From NCBI GenBank assembly GCA_964412585.1, contig CAYPPJ010000006.1:31-64030 (forward strand): a stretch of DNA of 64,000 nucleotides, in the 5' to 3' direction. Below, piece after piece: positions 58,045-64,000 of this stretch (position 1 is its first letter; each line of letters opens with the position of its first letter). Made by a program: the position numbers and the translations under genes. This stretch comes from an uncultured Candidatus Saccharibacteria bacterium (GTDB lineage Bacteria; Patescibacteriota; Minisyncoccia; Phycocordibacterales; PALSA-1337). The notes under the pieces were generated by a model that was given only the letters and a program-made list of their open reading frames with translations, was not told the DNA's origin and searched no databases.

Positions 58045-59328
58045 CTATTTGGGGATTTTTTGATAATTCTTGCTTGTCGGATCCTCACTCTTTTCTCTAC
58101 GCACAAAAGCAATGAATACAAGCCATCCCGCGCCGACAGCAGCTCCTGCAATGTAAACTGGTGCCGCTGGAGCAATAGTTGCCGCCAAGAATCCAGCCAA
58201 GACCGGTGGCGCTATTTGTGAAAATGCCTGAACGCTTGTATTAATACCCAAAATCTCACCTTGTATAGCTGCGGGAGCACGACGACTCGCCAAGCTTGGC
58301 AGCAACGACATACTTATGCCATTTGCTAGTGCGAAGAAAGCGCCAGTCAACAAAAGTCCTGGAATGGTGTACGGTAAATAAAACGCAAAAATTCCCAACG
58401 AACCGAGCACGAGCGACCACCGAAGTAGAACAACCTCATCGTAGTAGCGCGATAACAGTGGCACAAGCACGGCTTGTGCTATGACAATCCATAGGCCCGC
58501 ATATCCAATATAGTATCCGATACCAACCTGAGTCATATTAAATCGATCAATCAGATAGACACTAAAGAATGTGGCCACAAATGTTATACCCGCATTGAAG
58601 AAGAAATTGGTAGCAAACACTGAACGTAGACGCCGCATTCCGTATGCGCGAATGATATCAGCGAGGCCTTTATGGAATTTGAGCGGAGTTCCCGCCACGC
58701 GCGTGTTCGTCTCACCCACATAGCGGTATACCAAAAATGCATTAAAGCCTGAGAGTGCCGCCGCAAACAAAAACGGGGTGGTAATACTGAACCATGAAAT
58801 AAGCGTCGGATCAGAAAGAAGTCCCCCGAGGACTGGGCCAATAATAAAACCAGTCCCATATGCCGCACCGATCAACCCGAAATGCTTTGCACGATCTTTT
58901 GGTCGAGTTAGATCGGCAATAGCTGCTTGCGCCACCGAAATACTTCCCCCTGCTATACCATCTACAACGCGGGAGAAAAAGAGAAGGAAAATGTTATGAG
59001 TCACAATACCGATCGCAAGGATCAGAAAACCGACAGCCGTACCAATGAGGGCAACAGTCAATATAGGGCGACGACCATGACGATCAGAAAGTTGTCCAAG
59101 GACCGGCGCAGAAAAGAACTGGATCATTGGGTAGGTCGCAATGAGAAAGCCGAGGAGAATATATCCAAGGGTCAGAGAGGCTGATGGCGGCAGCACATAG
59201 TACATCGAATCCGGGTTCGCAAAGAGTTGTGGAACCACCGGAACGAGAATACCGTAACCTACGAGGTCGAGGAATATAGCGAGCAAGATGACTGGCAGGG
59301 CTCGCGGGTTGTTTTTTGACATAAACAC
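58045..59328 (-). CDS. MFS transporter.
   Basis: 12 predicted TM segments; GxLaDrxGrrP motif LGQLSDRHGRRP. Confidence 0.8.
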   Translation of the reverse strand: MFMSKNNPRALPVILLAIFLDLVGYGILVPVVPQLFANPDSMYYVLPPSASLTLGYILLGFLIATYPMIQFFSAPVLGQLSDRHGRRPILTVALIGTAVGFLILAIGIVTHNIFLLFFSRVVDGIAGGSISVAQAAIADLTRPKDRAKHFGLIGAAYGTGFIIGPVLGGLLSDPTLISWFSITTPFLFAAALSGFNAFLVYRYVGETNTRVAGTPLKFHKGLADIIRAYGMRRLRSVFATNFFFNAGITFVATFFSVYLIDRFNMTQVGIGYYIGYAGLWIVIAQAVLVPLLSRYYDEVVLLRWSLVLGSLGIFAFYLPYTIPGLLLTGAFFALANGISMSLLPSLASRRAPAAIQGEILGINTSVQAFSQIAPPVLAGFLAATIAPAAPVYIAGAAVGAGWLVFIAFVRREKSEDPTSKNYQKIPK

Positions 59329-59364
59329 TATTGTAGCAAGAAAATGCCCGGTCTTGAAGATGTA

Positions 59365-59472
59365 GGCCAGGAGGCGGGCATGGTGTTTCGATGGTAGGTA
59401 AAGTCACATTAATACTCCGCATACTGCCGTCTTTTACCGGACAGAGAAACACCATGCCCGCCTCCTGGCCCT
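59365..59472. repeat. Perfect 25-bp inverted repeat (stem) with a 58-nt loop in the MFS leader region.
   Basis: GGCCAGGAGGCGGGCATGGTGTTTC ... GAAACACCATGCCCGCCTCCTGGCC. Confidence 0.6.
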
Positions 59473-59490
59473 TACGTATCAATAGTCTAG

Positions 59491-59522
59491 TTACCCACGA
59501 AAAAACCCGCCTTTCGGCGGGT
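59491..59522 (-). terminator. Rho-independent terminator, bidirectional in shape, downstream of the RRM gene.
   Basis: A-run, AACCCGCC-TTTC-GGCGGGTT, T-run. Confidence 0.65.
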
Positions 59523-59549
59523 TTTTTCTCTAAGGAGTGTCCTTGGCTG

Positions 59550-59801
59550 TTACGCTTTTGGGCGAGCCTCCGATACGACAATCTTGCGACCATCGAGTTC
59601 TGAACCATTCAGTTTCTCAATAGCGGCTGAAGCATCTGCATCACCGGCCATTTCTACGAAGCCGAAGCCCTTTGAGCGGCCTGACATCTTATCCATGATA
59701 ACGGTTGCTGATTCTACAGCACCTGCCTGTTCGAAGTGTGACTTCAGGGTCTGGTCAGTAGTACCCCAGGCAAGACTGCCTACGAAAAGTCTCTTTGACA
59801 T
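59550..59801 (-). CDS. RRM-type RNA-binding protein.
   Basis: RNP2 LFVGSL and RNP1 KGFGFVEM motifs. Confidence 0.8.
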   Translation of the reverse strand: MSKRLFVGSLAWGTTDQTLKSHFEQAGAVESATVIMDKMSGRSKGFGFVEMAGDADASAAIEKLNGSELDGRKIVVSEARPKA

Positions 59802-59905
59802 GTTTCTTTGTTCTCCCGTGCGTTAATTTAACAGCGTAAGGACGAGATACTTACACGCGCACTAGTATAGCACATTGCTGGGATAAAAGCAAGTGCCTTC
59901 CTTCC

Positions 59906-62900
59906 CTATGATGTTGGGGCGTCTGATGGGACTGGAGCAGGTTCCGGTGCTGGCGCAGGAGCTGGTGCTGGTATCGATTCTGGAGTTGGTGCAGGCGCAG
60001 GAGCTGGAGCTGGGGCCGGAGTCGGTTCTGGAGCTGGAGTTGGTGCAGGCTCTGGAGCTGCGGCTGGTACAGTGGTATCAGTTGAAGAGGTAGTTGTGTC
60101 AGTTGTCGTTGTTGTATCGGTCACAGAACTTCCTTCTGAAGCCGGTTCCCCTGTACCTGAGGAACTAGTACCTGCGCCAGTTGTCATCTCTGGTGAAGTT
60201 GTAGCTGATTCTGCTGGTGGAGTCACGACGTTGACGGTCGTTGTATTATTCCCTGTTGGAGTTGTTGTTTGGGCGACCGGTGGAGTCGAAACTACTGTCG
60301 CACTTTGCGCTGTACTAGGTGCTTCGGCAGTACATGCCCCTGGACGCTTGTCCCAATCACCATTGCGAATCTGAACACAAAAGACTTGTCCTGTTGCAAC
60401 ATCATTGATCTCAAGACCCTTTGATACAGCCACGGTCTGAGCTTCGACACGGTCTGAATAGACAATGTGTGCTGTCATTTTATCCATAGTCCAGTCCCCT
60501 GCGCTTTGCAATGATTCTTTGACAGCAACCGCGACTCGAGAAATAAATGAAGGCGTCGAGCTTGCCAGTGTCTCGGCAGTGCTCGATGCAATCTGGACAC
60601 GTACGGCAGATGCGATAACAGTGATAAATGTTGAGCTTGAAGTGAGTGCTGAAAGACTATTCTCAATGCGTGCAGTAGTCCTATCGTCAAAGAGAGCGAC
60701 GATCGAAGAGGTTGTGGCAGTCAATTCGTCGATACGAGCTGAAAGAATCGAAACTGTGTTATTTGTTGTATCGAGCGCACTTGCCAACGTCCTCGTGGTT
60801 TGAGAAGTTGATGCCAAGTTGGTTGTTAATGACTGCATATCGGCTGCAGTGTTCGAGCTGAGTACATTGAGAGTTGCCGTCGTACTTGCGAGAGTAAATT
60901 CAAACCCTGAATTTTGGCTGCCGAGTTGAATCGTAGTCGAAGCGAGCGAACCGATCTGTCCCTGTTGTTCTTGGATTGCCTTGACTACCGTAGCGATCAT
61001 GGCACGGTCATCGATACCTGTCAGTTCTCCCTTTTCGTTATGCGTTGCAAAATGGTCGTTAACTGCACCCGCATCTTCTGCAATAAAACCATATCGAGTA
61101 CGACCATCACCTTCATTATAGACAAATGAAACCGGCTGCAGATCACGGATAGCTGCAAGGCCATTCAAGGACAAAGCGGTAATGTCATGCTTTGTCGCAC
61201 GTATAGACGAAGTACATGCATCTGAACCAGAGTTGTAAACAACTTCTTTACCCGCAGTCAAGCAGAGTGACCCTGCGCCGAAGTTTCCAGTCAAACCGCT
61301 CATAGCAACAGTTCCTGCAACGGCAAGTGTTCTCCATGGTGTGGTGGTACCGATGCCGACACTGCCATCTTTATCAATAAGCAGTAAGGTGCTGTTTGAA
61401 CTCGATGCTACCACTAACAAAGGAGTCGTGCTTCCTGATCCGCCCTGTATTGAGACTCGGCCAAATGGAGTAGTTGTACCGACACCGAACATACCGTTGC
61501 CGGCGATCGCGTCGTTGCTAACAAGCAAACTCGCATTAGTGACTTTTACATCAGCCTGGCCGGCTCCACCACCAGTAGGTCCTGTTGTGAAGACGAGCCT
61601 ATCGTTGTTGGAGCTACCACCACTATTGTATGTCTGTATAGCAAATGCATCGGTCTTGGTGCCGCCATTGTATCCCAAAGATGTAAGATATCTTTTTACA
61701 TTAGTAGACGTCAAACCAGCTTGTATATTTTCAGTCTGGAATGTTCCGGTAACTTTTACGTTACCAGTCGCACGACCAACACGGAATCGTTCGGTATAGG
61801 GGAATGAACCACTGCTTGAATCGGCAAAGACCAAGTCGCCATACTGCCCTGATCTCGTATCGCCATACAACGTCGAACCCGCTGCCCCAGGAATAAACCA
61901 CTGCAAGCCCATCTGTGAATTTGAACTAGCACCAGACACCCACCTAATCAATGATTGGGTAGTACTTGCCATGTTTATCTGACCATTGTCTTGAATAGAT
62001 ATCATCTCTTTATCAGCAGAATCAGAAAGCACAAATGCACGACCTGTACCCGTGCCAGATCCTTTGATAGCAAGTTTTGCAGATGGTGAGGTCGTACCAA
62101 TACCAACATTACCACCACCATTGAAGATAGCGTCGTAGTTGTTGGTTCCACCGGTGACAGAAGAAACGTAGAGACCAATATTATTCGCGTTCGATCCATT
62201 CCATGTGCCTGTTGAGGAGATGTTAATGCCTGTTTTGTTAATAGAAGCAGTTGATGATGTTGCAGTGTTTAGCACTTTGATACCGTCGAACGCTGCAGTT
62301 TTGGCCGTCGAAATCGCTTCCGACGATATGTCGAGTAATGCGGTAGGAAGCTTTGCTGCCCCGATAGACCAGAGACCATTTCTGATACGTCCTGTTTCAA
62401 CATCAAGATTGGAGAATATGATGTTTCCACTTGCCGAAAATGCGCTATTCAATTCCGTATCACCGTTGTTCGTATTGTAATCAATAATGAACTTACTGCC
62501 TGATGCGTTACTGCGCAGGAGACCAGACTTAGTAAGGGTGTTATCAGTCTTTAATGATAGGTAGAAACCAGGCTGCTGATAACTTCGCAATTCACCGCCA
62601 CCGATATTTCCATCAGCACCTGACGAGATAACACCGTCGACATCAAATAGGTTCGTACTTGCAGTCGATGAACCGACCTTTACTTTTCCGTTATCAAGCA
62701 CCTGGAAGAGCATGCGGTTATTCGAATCTGAAATAATAGTATTTCGTGTAGTCCCAGTCGTACCTCCTTTTATTGCAAGATTTGAAGCAAATGGTGTCGA
62801 GGAGCCAATGCCTAATTTACCTCCCGTAAAGACAAGTCCAGTTCCAGATGTAATCGAGCTTCCATCAAAATAATTCACACCATTGGTAGTCTGGGAATTT

Positions 62901-64000
62901 GCATTGGTACCACCATACGCAGTCGCAAGTGTACCGCCTGTGATGTTATCTGCATTCAAGCCTGTTATCCCTACACCATCACCAAAGAATGACCCGCCCG
63001 TTGTAATATCTCCCGCTGACTCGAAGGTAGAGTCCGTGTACATATTTCCGAAAAATTCGTGATTATAGGATGCTGAATTGGGTCCACCATATCCAAAAAG
63101 TGAAGAATTGGCTTCAAACTCCATCGGGCCTGTTGAATTGGCGATAATACCATTCACGTCAAGTTTGTATGCTGGCGTAACGCCAATGCCAACATTACCA
63201 TTCACGACCAGACTTCCATCAGTACCCAAAACTCCGCCAATTACCCTGTAGAGATTCGTATCTGATCCTGAATTGTTATCACCTGCAGAAGAGAAGGCAA
63301 ACTTATAATCTGATGGCACACGGAATTCCTTGAGTGAATCGGTAAGGTTAAGAGCGAGAGTTCCCTGCTCCCAGACACCGAGATTCGATCCATTTGATGC
63401 AAAACCATCGAGAGGATAATCCTTGAAGCTAATTGAAGGCCCATTCACACCTGCACCTGCTATAACACTTCCATTTGGGAATGAAGCCTTTGTTGAACTA
63501 ATAAAGCTGTTAGTTGCCAACTTTGTATTACCATTCACCTGTAGTCCGCCCGCAAGCGTACTCGTAGCAGTCGTGGATGTCGCTGTGTAATATGATGAGA
63601 CAACTTCACCAACAACAGAGAGTTTAGCGTATGGTGAGCTGGTTCCAATACCAACATTCCCTCCATTAAAGAATGATGTGGCATTATTTGTTATGTTAAG
63701 ATTGCCATTCGCTGAGGTAAGCGCCGTATCATTCAAATACATTGAGCCAGTACCTGTGCGCAATGTTCCCTTCACCCACAAGTTTGCAGCGAAAGATGAT
63801 GTTGCATTTGCTCCTGTGCCATTGACATCAATAAAGCCGGCGAAAGTGCTTGTTGCGGTAGTGGATGTTGCCGTAAAGTATGCCGCTGTTGGACCACTTG
63901 TAGCAGTAAGTGTAGTCCCAGAAGTAAAGGCTGCCAACATTCCCGCAGTACCACCGGTAACACCTGAACCACCAGTGATACCCAGTGTCGAGGTTGCTAC
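59906..64000 (-). CDS. Giant tail-fibre-like surface protein, partial (N-terminus beyond the window). It has Gly/Thr/Ser-rich beta-helix-like repeats, a C-terminal intramolecular chaperone (peptidase S74) domain, and a Pro-Ala/Thr-rich tail.
   Basis: SSIRATKHDITAL...GFIAEDAGAV...ATHNEKGELTGIDDRAMIATVVKAIQEQQ matches the endosialidase-chaperone domain pattern; PAPAPAPEP low-complexity C-terminus. Confidence 0.6.
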   Translation of the reverse strand, partial: VATSTLGITGGSGVTGGTAGMLAAFTSGTTLTATSGPTAAYFTATSTTATSTFAGFIDVNGTGANATSSFAANLWVKGTLRTGTGSMYLNDTALTSANGNLNITNNATSFFNGGNVGIGTSSPYAKLSVVGEVVSSYYTATSTTATSTLAGGLQVNGNTKLATNSFISSTKASFPNGSVIAGAGVNGPSISFKDYPLDGFASNGSNLGVWEQGTLALNLTDSLKEFRVPSDYKFAFSSAGDNNSGSDTNLYRVIGGVLGTDGSLVVNGNVGIGVTPAYKLDVNGIIANSTGPMEFEANSSLFGYGGPNSASYNHEFFGNMYTDSTFESAGDITTGGSFFGDGVGITGLNADNITGGTLATAYGGTNANSQTTNGVNYFDGSSITSGTGLVFTGGKLGIGSSTPFASNLAIKGGTTGTTRNTIISDSNNRMLFQVLDNGKVKVGSSTASTNLFDVDGVISSGADGNIGGGELRSYQQPGFYLSLKTDNTLTKSGLLRSNASGSKFIIDYNTNNGDTELNSAFSASGNIIFSNLDVETGRIRNGLWSIGAAKLPTALLDISSEAISTAKTAAFDGIKVLNTATSSTASINKTGINISSTGTWNGSNANNIGLYVSSVTGGTNNYDAIFNGGGNVGIGTTSPSAKLAIKGSGTGTGRAFVLSDSADKEMISIQDNGQINMASTTQSLIRWVSGASSNSQMGLQWFIPGAAGSTLYGDTRSGQYGDLVFADSSSGSFPYTERFRVGRATGNVKVTGTFQTENIQAGLTSTNVKRYLTSLGYNGGTKTDAFAIQTYNSGGSSNNDRLVFTTGPTGGGAGQADVKVTNASLLVSNDAIAGNGMFGVGTTTPFGRVSIQGGSGSTTPLLVVASSSNSTLLLIDKDGSVGIGTTTPWRTLAVAGTVAMSGLTGNFGAGSLCLTAGKEVVYNSGSDACTSSIRATKHDITALSLNGLAAIRDLQPVSFVYNEGDGRTRYGFIAEDAGAVNDHFATHNEKGELTGIDDRAMIATVVKAIQEQQGQIGSLASTTIQLGSQNSGFEFTLASTTATLNVLSSNTAADMQSLTTNLASTSQTTRTLASALDTTNNTVSILSARIDELTATTSSIVALFDDRTTARIENSLSALTSSSTFITVIASAVRVQIASSTAETLASSTPSFISRVAVAVKESLQSAGDWTMDKMTAHIVYSDRVEAQTVAVSKGLEINDVATGQVFCVQIRNGDWDKRPGACTAEAPSTAQSATVVSTPPVAQTTTPTGNNTTTVNVVTPPAESATTSPEMTTGAGTSSSGTGEPASEGSSVTDTTTTTDTTTSSTDTTVPAAAPEPAPTPAPEPTPAPAPAPAPAPTPESIPAPAPAPAPEPAPVPSDAPTS

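Noticed and set aside
1-64000. Search for CRISPR arrays, rRNA genes, integrases and transposases.
   Set aside because: No regularly spaced identical repeats with unique spacers were found; the 11486-11628 array has no spacers. No rRNA-like conserved stretches and no recognisable integrase or transposase catalytic motifs were seen in the ORF track. The absence of an integrase in this window weakens, but does not exclude, mobile-element interpretations for the islands.

Overview
The window looks like a compact genome of a reduced, CPR/Patescibacteria-like or similar small-genome bacterium. Housekeeping genes are tightly packed and there are many small membrane proteins and pilin-like proteins. 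I support seven RNA genes and one 51-aa CDS that the ORF track misses. The tRNAs are Leu-CAA, Trp-CCA, Tyr-GTA, Lys-CTT and Ser-GGA; the missed CDS is rpmG (L33). Recognisable proteins are ParB, MiaA, RarA, ClpB, a hinge-less SMC/RecN-like ATPase, RNase III, a NusB-Nudix fusion, L32, alanine racemase, an M28 peptidase, GroES/GroEL, SecG, two ABC substrate-binding proteins, RNase J, L25/Ctc, class II FBP aldolase, a PfkB kinase, Tgt, a LOG-family protein, an MFS transporter and an RRM protein. There are also two LemA gene pairs (LemA-TPM and LemA-DUF2207), five tandem two-TM T4SS-pilin-like genes, three tandem type-IV-pilin/LamG genes, and a >1344-aa tail-fibre-like surface protein with a C-terminal S74 intramolecular-chaperone domain. 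Base composition is mosaic by eye, about 47 percent GC overall. A low-GC island at 5052-7212 carries a class-1 OLD-family ATPase-Toprim nuclease directly preceded by a small three-TM coiled-coil protein; this is my best candidate for an undescribed defense module. An AT-rich stretch holds an orphan MazF/PemK-like toxin. High-GC islands at 9200-10700, 12000-13400 and 27100-31900 encode uncharacterised membrane or secreted proteins, each with its own terminator. Other signals are GC-rich palindromic RPE/MITE-like elements with terminal inverted repeats, two of them inserted in-frame in tgt and a related copy intergenic; a four-unit tandem hairpin-repeat array between rpmG and tRNA-Trp; a perfect 25-bp inverted repeat in the MFS leader; and a standalone NrdJ C-terminal (TSCPD-like) fragment. 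No CRISPR array or rRNA was seen.
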